DNA from: Candidatus Spongiihabitans thiooxidans
GTDB lineage: Bacteria; Pseudomonadota; Gammaproteobacteria; Arenicellales; Poriferihabitantaceae
Reading direction: 5' to 3'
NCBI GenBank assembly: GCA_001543005.1
Contig: LFLB01000003.1
Coordinates: 221,797 to 285,796, forward strand
Length of the DNA stretch: 64,000 bases
Part shown: positions 17,475 through 26,062 of the stretch, one piece after another
Numbering within the stretch: position 1 is the stretch's first letter
Layout of the letters: the number at the start of each line of letters is the position of its first letter
Notes under the pieces: model-generated
The model's database searches: none
What the model saw: the letters and a program-made list of their open reading frames with translations, nothing else
What the model was told of the DNA's origin: nothing
Program-made: the position numbers and the translations under genes

Positions 17475-19025
17475 TTAGGGCAGGCAATCAAGATAATTTT
17501 CCAGATCCCAATCGGAAACCGAATGATTAAACCGCTCCCATTCATCATTTTTATAATGATGGTAAACCTTGTACATTTCGCCTGGCATAGCCGAGCGAAC
17601 CACATCGTCTTTTGCCAATGCTTTTAAGGCATCGCCCAAAGTCATCGGCAGTTTTTTCACTTGCTTGCCGGCTTCCATCGCGGTGTAGATATTGCGCTCT
17701 TCGGGCTCGCCCGGATCAAGGTTGCGGGAGATGCCATCATCGAACACTTTGAGCAGCGCGCCGCCCATCAGGTACGGGTTGACCATGGAATCCACCGAAC
17801 GATACTCAAAACGGCCTGGCGCTGAAACTCTCAATGCACAGGTTCGGTTTTGAAATCCCCAGTCGGCAAAAACCGGGGCCCAAAAACCGGTATCCCATAA
17901 ACGTCGATAGGAATTAACCGTGGATGAGCCGATGGAAGTCAAGGCGGCGAGGTGTTCGATAACCCCGCCGATTGACTGGAGACCAATCGGGCCGGGTTTA
18001 ACTGTGTCGATTTTCGGGTCTGGCATGAAATAGTTTTTACCACCTTGACGATAAGTGAATACGCCATCCATGCCCGCAATGGATTTTTGGTGAAATTTGT
18101 TGACTTTGTCCTTGCCACCCGACCATAACGAAAGGTTATGGTGACAACCCGATGCAGAGACGTTCATGAAAGGCTTGGACATGAAACAGGCATGCAGGCC
18201 TTTTTCTCGGGCCACCTGAGCGCAGATTTGACGATAGGTTGTCAGTCGATCAGAATTTCTCAGGACATCGTCGAACATCCAGTTCAATTCAAGCTGACCG
18301 GGCGCATCTTCGTGGTCGCCCTGAATCATATCAAATCCCATCTTTTCACCATATTCGATGACTTGCATAAACACCGGGCGCAGCTCTTCAAATTGATCAA
18401 TGTGATAGCAGTTGGGTTTAGTAACCCCTCCTTTCAGTTGTTTATTCTCGTCCAACCTGAGCCACATCATTTCCGGTTCGGTACCGGCCCGCATGTGCAT
18501 TTTGTGCTTTTTCTCGAACTCTTGATGGATAAGCTCCAGGTTGCCGCGACAATCGGAGGTCAGGTGCGCACCAGGATCAACGCGCTCTTCGCGGTTGCGA
18601 TAACAAGTGCAAAATACGCGGGCGATGCGTTTGTCCCAAGGCAATTGCACAAAAGTTTCAGGATCTGCGATGCCGACTAACTCGGAGGCTTCGGGACCAT
18701 AGCCAATATAGTCGCCATGCCGATCAATAAACAGGTTTGCGGTAGAACCGTAAACCAGTTGGAAGCCTCTTTCCGCGACTCGTTCCCAATGGTCGGCGGG
18801 AATGCCCTTGCCAACAATTCGGCCGGTCACAGAAACAAACTGAAAGTAAATATAGGTTACCCCGGTTTCCTTGATTTTTGCGCGGACTTGCTTAACCAGT
18901 TGCGCCCGGCCCGGGGCATTGACACGACGCTCTAAATCAGTTGAGGTTTGCACACGACTCGTAGGTCGTTTGCTGCCCGCGGTTTTCTTTGTAGCGGTTT
19001 TCTTTTTTGGCATTTTATTCTCCAA
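17475..19025 (-). CDS. Glutamine synthetase family protein (GlnT / gamma-glutamylmethylamide synthetase-like)
   Basis: GS catalytic-domain blocks GTEPEMMWL, SGCHHNLSLW, NRTCALRV. It has a Lys-rich ~45-aa N-terminal extension (MENKMPKKKTATKKTAGSKRP...). Confidence 0.85.
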   Translation of the reverse strand: MENKMPKKKTATKKTAGSKRPTSRVQTSTDLERRVNAPGRAQLVKQVRAKIKETGVTYIYFQFVSVTGRIVGKGIPADHWERVAERGFQLVYGSTANLFIDRHGDYIGYGPEASELVGIADPETFVQLPWDKRIARVFCTCYRNREERVDPGAHLTSDCRGNLELIHQEFEKKHKMHMRAGTEPEMMWLRLDENKQLKGGVTKPNCYHIDQFEELRPVFMQVIEYGEKMGFDMIQGDHEDAPGQLELNWMFDDVLRNSDRLTTYRQICAQVAREKGLHACFMSKPFMNVSASGCHHNLSLWSGGKDKVNKFHQKSIAGMDGVFTYRQGGKNYFMPDPKIDTVKPGPIGLQSIGGVIEHLAALTSIGSSTVNSYRRLWDTGFWAPVFADWGFQNRTCALRVSAPGRFEYRSVDSMVNPYLMGGALLKVFDDGISRNLDPGEPEERNIYTAMEAGKQVKKLPMTLGDALKALAKDDVVRSAMPGEMYKVYHHYKNDEWERFNHSVSDWDLENYLDCLP

Positions 19026-19106
19026 TAGACGACATGTTTATTTATGGGTTTATTTATGTGGTGTCTGGTGTATCAGTTATCCGAATTATTGACTACTCCA
19101 TGTTTA

Positions 19107-20459
19107 CTAACTCCAGGGAAATGGGCTGTTGGATACCGGATGCAGCTTGCCTTCAATATAACGTGAAAAACGAAAGGGTTCCAATAGCTTGCTTTTTGAA
19201 CCGAGCAGTTCTTCGGCGACCAATTTTCCAACCCCAAGCATCTTGTAGCCATGATTGGAATCGGCGATGAAATAACAGTTATCCCTGAAGCTATCGAAAA
19301 CCGGAAAACTATCCGGGGTAAACGAGCCTATTCCGCCGGACGGTTGATTATTGTATTTCGGCGTCTGACCTTCAAAACGTCTTTGGCAATGGGCTAACGC
19401 CGAGGTCCACATATGCGCGAATTCAGGACCGACGATAAACTCCGGCGAATCCACGCCATAAGGATCAACCGCGACTTTGTCTGGATCAGTTTCCACTTTA
19501 AATGGCGCCGCGCCGCCTTGCACGCCGTTAAAATGAAAATCGGGCTTATAATAAACGCCCCATATTCCATCTGTAATCAGTGATCCGTCCACATCGGAAT
19601 ACAATGGCGAATTGGAATCGACATGAATAACCGGCGGCAATTTCCCATCATTGGTTTTTTGCATATCCGGGTCAACGCCCAGAGTCCCTTCCTGCAATGA
19701 CCAGTAAACCCACATTGGCACATCTTTATATATCTCGCCGTTGGATTCGCCGCCGGATTTCATGGCTACCGACTTGGGCAAATCAAGCATATCCCAAATA
19801 GTTTTGGCCCAGGGTCCCGGCGCAACAATCAATTGATCACAAGCAATATTGCCCTTATCGGTTACCGCTGCTTTGATCGCACGACTGGCATCATCGCTTT
19901 GAAAACCGGTAACCTTTACGCCGGTTAATATTCTTACACCTTCCGCTTCCGCTTTGCCGGCCAGGCCATATAGCGATTTTGTATTATTTGCAAAACCACC
20001 TTTCTTTTCATGCAGAACAGAGGTGATGCCTTTTGCTTGCCAGTCATGGAAAAGCCCTTTCATATAGTCCATAGAGGCTTGCTCGCCTTCAATGAATACG
20101 GATTCGTATCCAATCTGTTTTTGTTGTTCGGCGATGGATGCCACATCTTCAAACATGAAATCCGGGCTAATCTGCATATAGCCGACCGGGTGATAGCTAT
20201 AGGCTGTGGCGTCGCTTTCCCATACTTCGACACATTGCGCCATTAACTCGCGCATCGCCGGCTGGAAATAGTTATTGCGGACAACGCCACAGGCGATGCC
20301 CGACGCACCTGCTCCGATAGCGGTTTTGTCGACGACTAATATATTACGACCGCCGCCCTTACCTTTGGCTTTGAGTGCTAACGCCAAATGATAGGCAGTG
20401 CTTAGTCCGTGGATGCCGGCACCAATAATTAAATAATCACTGTGTTGAGGAAAGGCCAT
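19107..20459 (-). CDS. FAD-dependent oxidoreductase (sarcosine-oxidase-beta / DAO family)
   Basis: N-terminal Rossmann fold DYLIIGAGIHGLSTAYHLA. 450 aa. First gene of the minus-strand operon. Confidence 0.8.
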   Translation of the reverse strand: MAFPQHSDYLIIGAGIHGLSTAYHLALALKAKGKGGGRNILVVDKTAIGAGASGIACGVVRNNYFQPAMRELMAQCVEVWESDATAYSYHPVGYMQISPDFMFEDVASIAEQQKQIGYESVFIEGEQASMDYMKGLFHDWQAKGITSVLHEKKGGFANNTKSLYGLAGKAEAEGVRILTGVKVTGFQSDDASRAIKAAVTDKGNIACDQLIVAPGPWAKTIWDMLDLPKSVAMKSGGESNGEIYKDVPMWVYWSLQEGTLGVDPDMQKTNDGKLPPVIHVDSNSPLYSDVDGSLITDGIWGVYYKPDFHFNGVQGGAAPFKVETDPDKVAVDPYGVDSPEFIVGPEFAHMWTSALAHCQRRFEGQTPKYNNQPSGGIGSFTPDSFPVFDSFRDNCYFIADSNHGYKMLGVGKLVAEELLGSKSKLLEPFRFSRYIEGKLHPVSNSPFPWS

Positions 20460-20705
20460 GGTTGATTTCTATAGGGTGATGATATTAAATTTATGGTACA
20501 TTTTAGGTGCATATAATTTTAAACAATTTTATACCATTCGCCATTATCTCATTCGCCAGGTAATTTGTAATTGACCGTATTTAACCATTATCTATCGAGG
20601 GTTTACAATATCAAATTGACCGATATAAGGTAATTATAATAGACCATTTCCGAACCAACCAGCGTATCATTCTAACCGGATAGAGACAACCCACTTCAAA
20701 ATACC

Positions 20706-21389
20706 ATGCAAGACCACTTGAAAGTCACAACCGGCGCTGCCGGATTATTTAACCATATCCGTGCCGCTATTGTTAATGGTGACTACGCTTATAACGAGCG
20801 CCTACCTTCCGAGAGAGCCCTGGCAAAGCAATTTTTCGTAGCGCGAGGAACAGTAAGAGCCGCTCTCAATCAATTAGAACGAGCGAATTTTGTCAGAAAA
20901 AAGTTTGGCAGCGGCACATTTATTCATTACGACATCAAATTCGACCAGGACACTATATCTGAAGAAACCAGTCCGTTGGATCTAATCGAGACTCGACTGG
21001 CCATAGAACCCTATATTGTTAAATTGGTAGTCTCTAACGCCAACAATCGGGAGCTAAGAAAACTGGAACAAGCATTAGACAATGTCGTTAATTCTCAACA
21101 AGACCCGGATTCTTTTTCATCCGCAGATGAAGCTTTCCATTTAATGCTGGCGAACTGCTCCCAAAACCCCTTGCTGATTTGGATGTATCAGCGAATTAAT
21201 GATATTCGCCGCCATACCCAATGGAACCACCGTAAACATAATATATTAACACCAGAAAAAATAGCTCAATACAACCAGCAACATAGCGATCTACTAAACG
21301 CCATAATCAGGCGCGATATGGAAAGCGCGTCCAATCTAATGATCCAACACTTGAATCAGGCAAAGAAAGATTTGTTGAAAGATTCTTGA
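20706..21389 (+). CDS. GntR-family (FadR/FCD subfamily) transcriptional regulator
   Basis: Winged helix-turn-helix LPSERALAKQFFVARGTVRAALNQLE followed by an all-helical C-terminal domain. It is divergent from the FAD-oxidoreductase operon. Confidence 0.85.
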   Translation: MQDHLKVTTGAAGLFNHIRAAIVNGDYAYNERLPSERALAKQFFVARGTVRAALNQLERANFVRKKFGSGTFIHYDIKFDQDTISEETSPLDLIETRLAIEPYIVKLVVSNANNRELRKLEQALDNVVNSQQDPDSFSSADEAFHLMLANCSQNPLLIWMYQRINDIRRHTQWNHRKHNILTPEKIAQYNQQHSDLLNAIIRRDMESASNLMIQHLNQAKKDLLKDS

Positions 21390-21604
21390 TGGCGGAAGTG
21401 CAAATAACGCATCGTTACATGGACGTAACTTATTAGAGCAATGCAGGAACAATTGCCGAGGAGCAATGATTTGCCATTACGTCCCTGCAAAATCGGCATA
21501 CGACCGCCAGGGATGGCGGAAGTGCAAATAACGCATCGTTACATGGACGTAACTTATTAGAGCAATGCAGGAGCAATTGCCGAGGAGCAGTTATTTGCCA
21601 TTAC
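21389..21604 (+). repeat. Two 92-bp direct repeats with a 124-bp period, GGA-rich and hairpin-forming, starting at the GntR stop codon
   Basis: Copy 1 is 21389-21480 and copy 2 is 21513-21604, nearly identical. Each contains GTTAC-ATGGAC-GTAAC and GCAATGC-AGGA-(A/G)CAATTGC hairpins. I count 9 GGA on the plus strand. The same module occurs inverted at 27.08 and 27.32 kb. Confidence 0.9.
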
Positions 21605-21618
21605 CATCCATGTAAATC

Positions 21619-21643
21619 GCCGCGGTTGAAAACCGACCGCGGC
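21619..21643. terminator. GC-rich hairpin between the convergent GntR/repeat unit and the amt operon
   Basis: gccgcggt (21619-21626) pairs perfectly with accgcggc (21636-21643) around a 9-nt loop. The flanking U-tract is weak on either strand. Confidence 0.35.
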
Positions 21644-21667
21644 TTGAATAGTAAAACCAATTATTCA

Positions 21668-21835
21668 TTATTTGTACTTGTCCTCGGCAGCCTTTTCCGC
21701 TTTTAAAGACACCAACACAGGAATGATGCAAAGAATCACACTGACCCAGAACCAGAGTACGGGGCCGCCGGATCCAGCATAGCTGAAGAATGCAGCCGCA
21801 CCGTCCCAGGCTTGAATTGGACTTGAATTAAACAT
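21668..21835 (-). CDS. Small single-pass membrane protein (55 aa), absent from the ORF track (below 60 aa)
   Basis: My translation is MFNSSPIQAWDGAAAFFSYAGSGGPVLWFWVSVILCIIPVLVSLKAEKAAEDKYK. A GGAG sits about 10 nt upstream of the ATG. The ORF starts 26 nt after the amt stop on the same strand. Confidence 0.45.
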   Translation of the reverse strand: MFNSSPIQAWDGAAAFFSYAGSGGPVLWFWVSVILCIIPVLVSLKAEKAAEDKYK

Positions 21836-21861
21836 AGTAATTTTCTCCGATAGTTAAAGGT

Positions 21862-23163
21862 TTAGCTTTTAATTTCTTCAGGATAGGCTGTACCAACCAC
21901 TTCAACATCCATACCCGCTCGTTGAATTGCATCGCTGGCGCGAAGTATGCCACACATTTTGAAAATCAGTGAGATCACGTATCCAGGGATAAAACCCAGT
22001 AGGACCATAACAATCATGCCCTTAAACTGACCCATGAAAGTCGCTGGGGGAATGTCAGCAGAGAACTCTGGATAACCACCCATAAATATGCCAACAGCGA
22101 GCACACCCCAGATACCACAAATACCGTGCACAGATACCGCGCCTACTGCGTCGTCAATACCCATACGCTCGAAAATACCCGCGGCCCATGGACCGAGAAT
22201 ACCGCCCGCGAAGGCTATGGCGAAACACAAACTTGGGTCCCAGACATCCATACCCGCAGCTACGGAGATAATCCCGCAAAGGGCGCCGGACATCATCCAG
22301 AAAGGATCCCGGGTCATGGCGTAACAACCAATAATGCCACCTGCTACCCCCATCAGCGTATTGAAAGTGATTGCTGATAGTGTTGTTGGCTGACCGTAGA
22401 TGTTGGTCCAATTTACTGCGTCAAAACTTACGTCCGTTCCCGGAAAGATGAGGCAACCAGCAAGAAAGCCAAAGAAACCAAAAACAATCAGCATTAATCC
22501 CGCACAGGTCATGGGCAAACTATGACCTTTGATTACGTTGGGTGAGCCATCGTCGTTGTATTTGCCGATTCGAGGTCCAAGATTGATCAAAATACCTAGG
22601 GCAAAAAACCCTGAAATGATATGTACCACACCAGAGGCGCCAAAATCGTGGTATCCCCACCCAGTCACCATCCAGCCAGCATAGTGCCATCCCCACGATG
22701 CAGAAAGATTCCAGACCACAGAGCCGAGCACCACCGCCAGCACGATGAATGCAGCCATTCTGATACGCTCGATAACCGCGCCAGACATGATGGAGGCCGT
22801 TGTACAGGCGAATAAGGTAAACGCACCCCAGAATACGCCCGTGGCATGATCCTGCAGGTTTGGACCCATGGAATCACTCCATGGCACACCACCTGCCCCT
22901 GCTTCGAAATCTGGTATGAAACCATTGATCATTGCCAGATATATCCACCATCCAAACATATAGAATGTTGGAATCATGAATGCAAAGGCAAGAATGTTTT
23001 TGGTGCCGGAAGCCAGGGTGTTTTTGACGCGGGAGGCGCCCATTTCGTACATCAAAAAGCCAGCGTGAATCAGGATCATTATGGCGGTACACCAATAATA
23101 ATAAACCTCGAGGTTTATTGTATTGGCCGCCATAACGGCCGCTTCTAGTTCTTCTAGAGTCAT
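21862..23163 (-). CDS. amt: Ammonium/methylammonium transporter, Amt family
   Basis: Polytopic protein with Amt blocks (DFGASGVVHIISGFFAL, SVHGICGIWG). I place the start at the ATG at 23163 (MTLEELE...) because it is preceded by AGGAGG. The track ORF extends to 23226. Confidence 0.9.
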   Translation of the reverse strand: MTLEELEAAVMAANTINLEVYYYWCTAIMILIHAGFLMYEMGASRVKNTLASGTKNILAFAFMIPTFYMFGWWIYLAMINGFIPDFEAGAGGVPWSDSMGPNLQDHATGVFWGAFTLFACTTASIMSGAVIERIRMAAFIVLAVVLGSVVWNLSASWGWHYAGWMVTGWGYHDFGASGVVHIISGFFALGILINLGPRIGKYNDDGSPNVIKGHSLPMTCAGLMLIVFGFFGFLAGCLIFPGTDVSFDAVNWTNIYGQPTTLSAITFNTLMGVAGGIIGCYAMTRDPFWMMSGALCGIISVAAGMDVWDPSLCFAIAFAGGILGPWAAGIFERMGIDDAVGAVSVHGICGIWGVLAVGIFMGGYPEFSADIPPATFMGQFKGMIVMVLLGFIPGYVISLIFKMCGILRASDAIQRAGMDVEVVGTAYPEEIKS

Positions 23164-23590
23164 TTGCTCCCTCCTGTAATAAGGTTGCTTACAAAATTGT
23201 TTTGCGTTATGGCCACATCCAAGCATCAGGATATACCAAAGATTCCAACTTGTGGCGGCCTGCTTATTGTATTTGTTACCTCTACGAAAGAGGTAACGGC
23301 TGTCAATTCTACTTGCTTACGAAAAATATAAAAACTGTTTTTTACACCATTTGGTATAGAAATGGTCTTGCACTGAGCCTTGCTAATTTAGACGAAATTC
23401 CTGCTTACCCTGTGACTCGCCACCGAACTGCATTATTTATGGCGTAAATTGTTTTGTGCAAAATACGGTATAATTCCGCCGAATTTCTGGCATAACCTTA
23501 GCTGATTCGAAAAGCGATATGACAATTATTACCGAGTCAGTAATTTTATAAATACTGTTTTAATTGTATTTTTTCTTAATTGATTAACGA

Positions 23591-24040
23591 ATGATGAAAT
23601 ATTTTAGTATTGCCTTTACCAGTGTTATGACCAGCGTTATGGCCATTTTGTTGTTTTCAAATGCGCTTGCTCATCACAATTCACCTGAATCTCTGGAGGC
23701 AAGAGTGGCGGCCGTAGGAACTTTAAACATTGACGGTGGCAGCGCAGGCGTAGGCGTTGCAACCAACGACGCCGATTCTGCCGCCCCTGAAACCGGCGAA
23801 ACGGTTTACAACACGAACTGCGCGACCTGCCATGCTGGCGGCATTGCCGGCGCACCGATTTTAGGAGAAGTCGACGACTGGGAGGAGCGAATTGAACAGG
23901 GAATGGATAGTCTGGTAGAACATGCGATACTGGGTTTTACCGGGTCATTTGGGGTGATGCCGCCTAAAGGGGGCAACACTGCTCTGAACGATAATGCGGT
24001 CACCGCGGCGGTGCAGTTTATGATTAATCAAGTTGAGTAA
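23591..24040 (+). CDS. Cytochrome c5-type class I c-type cytochrome
   Basis: Signal peptide, heme-binding site CATCH, and a downstream MPPKG block that provides the Met ligand. Confidence 0.8.
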   Translation: MMKYFSIAFTSVMTSVMAILLFSNALAHHNSPESLEARVAAVGTLNIDGGSAGVGVATNDADSAAPETGETVYNTNCATCHAGGIAGAPILGEVDDWEERIEQGMDSLVEHAILGFTGSFGVMPPKGGNTALNDNAVTAAVQFMINQVE

Positions 24041-24044
24041 AAAA

Positions 24045-24088
24045 CATTCCTGCTTGATTCATTCCTGTTGATTCATTCCTGCTTGATT
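24045..24088. repeat. 15-bp tandem repeat (cattcctgcttgatt, 3 copies, the middle copy 14 bp)
   Basis: Read directly from the sequence, immediately after the cytochrome c5 stop codon. Confidence 0.9.
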
Positions 24089-24116
24089 TAAGGAAGCGCT
24101 AAATACCCGATATTCA

Positions 24117-24953
24117 TTGATGTCCGAAAACAATATACTGCTAACCAAAAAGGCGGGCGGCGTCGCAACCCTTACCCTGAATCGCCCGCAACAATACAAC
24201 GCATTGTCGAGCGAACTCCTGGATCTGTTATCCGCTGAGCTTGATGCTATTGCGGCAGATTCAACCACCCGTGCTGTTGTCGTTGCTGCCAGCGGGCACG
24301 CATTTTGCGCCGGTCACGACCTCAAGCAAATGCGTCTGCAAATGCGCCAGAATGATGGCCAAAAATCACGACAACAGTTATCCAGCAGGCAGTTATTCAG
24401 CAAGTGCAGTGAAGTGATGATGAAACTGGTTAATTTACCCCAGCCGGTCATCGCAAAAATACAGGGAATGGCGACTGCGGCAGGCTGTCAATTGGTAGCG
24501 ACCTGTGATCTCGCGGTTGCAGCCGATAGCGTAAAATTCGCCGTCTCCGGCATTCGAGTTGGATTATTTTGCGCCACTCCCGCAGTCGCATTGAGTCGAA
24601 ATATTAACCGTAAACACGCACTGGAAATGCTCATGACCGGTGAATTCATTGATGCACAAAGCGCATTGAATTATGGGCTGATTAACAAAGTTGTGCCATC
24701 AGAAAACCTTGATCAAGCAGTCGATGATTTGGTTGGCAAAATTATCCGCCATCCCCATCGCGTGGTTACTCTGGGCAAGAAAATGTTCTACCAACAAATC
24801 AACCAGGATTTAAGTACGGCTTATGCGCACGCGACTGCTGCCATATCTGCAAACATGATGCTTGATGAAACCAAACAAGGCATTGATGCTTTCATCGAAA
24901 AACGCCCTCCAAACTGGAAATTGCAAACGACATCAGGGCTTAAAAATGACTGA
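24117..24953 (+). CDS. Enoyl-CoA hydratase/isomerase family protein
   Basis: Crotonase-fold blocks LTLNRPQQYNAL and GHAFCAGHDLK. Confidence 0.85.
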   Translation: MMSENNILLTKKAGGVATLTLNRPQQYNALSSELLDLLSAELDAIAADSTTRAVVVAASGHAFCAGHDLKQMRLQMRQNDGQKSRQQLSSRQLFSKCSEVMMKLVNLPQPVIAKIQGMATAAGCQLVATCDLAVAADSVKFAVSGIRVGLFCATPAVALSRNINRKHALEMLMTGEFIDAQSALNYGLINKVVPSENLDQAVDDLVGKIIRHPHRVVTLGKKMFYQQINQDLSTAYAHATAAISANMMLDETKQGIDAFIEKRPPNWKLQTTSGLKND

Positions 24954-26058
24954 ATACAATATTGCGGTGTTAGAGGGGGATGGCATTGGAGAAGAGATTA
25001 TGGAACAAGCCCTCAAGGTGCTTAAGGTGGTCGAATCGAGAAACGACGTTGCCTTTAACCTGATGCCGGGATTGTTCGGAGCGGCGGCCTGGTTTGAAAC
25101 CGGCAAAAGCTTTCCCGATGAAACTATCGCAATCTGTGACAAAGCGGATGCGATTTTAAAAGGCACCATTGGATTGGGCCACGAGGAATCGAAAAAAATT
25201 CCCCTTAACCAACAGCCCGAGCGAGGTGGCTTGTTGCCAATGCGTAAACGCTACGATACTTATGCAAATTTCAGGCCGGTCTATCTGCCGCAGAACCTGG
25301 CGCACTTTTCACCATTAAAACCGGAAATCATCGGCGCTGGCATTGACATTATGATTATCCGGGAATTAGTGGGCGGATTATATTTTGGGAAAAAAGAAAC
25401 CGGGGTGAATCAACAAGGGCTGCGCTTTGCTCGGGAAACGCTTGAATATAACGAACAACAAATCAGGCGTATTGTGAAAATTGGCTTTGAATCGGCCATG
25501 AAACGCAGAAAATTGCTGCACAGTATTCACAAAAGCAATGTGTTGAAATCCAGTGTGTTGTGGACCGATGTAGTCGGCGAAGTGGCACAAGATTTTCCCG
25601 ATGTGGAAGTCCAACATATGCTGGTCGATGCGGCTGCCACACATTTGTGCCTGAATCCGGGGCAATTTGATGTGATGGTCATGGAAAATTTGTTTGGAGA
25701 TATTCTCAGCGACCAGGCGGGTGGGATTTTAGGATCGCTGGGCCTTATGCCGTCAGCATGCGTAGGACCTGATAAGGCTTATTACGAACCGGCCCATGGG
25801 TCAGCGCCGGATATTGCGGGTAAAAATATCGCCAACCCCTATGCCATGATCGGGTCGGTGGCAATGATGCTTGACCTGAGTTTTCAAATGACCGGGGAGT
25901 CCGATAACCTGTGGCATGCCATGGAATCCGTATTTGCAGCCGGTTACGCCACGCCTGATTTGTCAAAACCAGGTACAGACGTCACCATGGTCAGCACCGG
26001 CGAGTTTGGTGACCGGGTTGTTGCTGCATTGAGTTGCCTTCCGCTCCCAAATAGATAA
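24946..26058 (+). CDS. Isocitrate/isopropylmalate/tartrate dehydrogenase family protein
   Basis: IAVLEGDGIGEEI and NLFGDILSDQAG blocks. I place the start at the ATG at 24946 (MTEYN), which overlaps the upstream stop by 8 nt. The track ORF starts at 24862. Confidence 0.85.
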   Translation: MTEYNIAVLEGDGIGEEIMEQALKVLKVVESRNDVAFNLMPGLFGAAAWFETGKSFPDETIAICDKADAILKGTIGLGHEESKKIPLNQQPERGGLLPMRKRYDTYANFRPVYLPQNLAHFSPLKPEIIGAGIDIMIIRELVGGLYFGKKETGVNQQGLRFARETLEYNEQQIRRIVKIGFESAMKRRKLLHSIHKSNVLKSSVLWTDVVGEVAQDFPDVEVQHMLVDAAATHLCLNPGQFDVMVMENLFGDILSDQAGGILGSLGLMPSACVGPDKAYYEPAHGSAPDIAGKNIANPYAMIGSVAMMLDLSFQMTGESDNLWHAMESVFAAGYATPDLSKPGTDVTMVSTGEFGDRVVAALSCLPLPNR

Positions 26059-26062
26059 CGGC

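Noticed and set aside
21389-21604. Possible CRISPR-like arrangement (92-bp repeats separated by a 32-bp spacer)
   Set aside because: There are only two repeats, each far longer than CRISPR repeats. There are no cas genes in the window, and the same module occurs as a dispersed repeat at 27 kb.
23164-23470. Glutamine riboswitch or sigma-54 promoter upstream of amt
   Set aside because: I could not match the glnA-RNA core. The best TGG-N-GC candidate (tggtatatcctgatgc) has GG-GC spacing that is off by one, and it lacks the conserved C/T positions. This is not supportable by eye.
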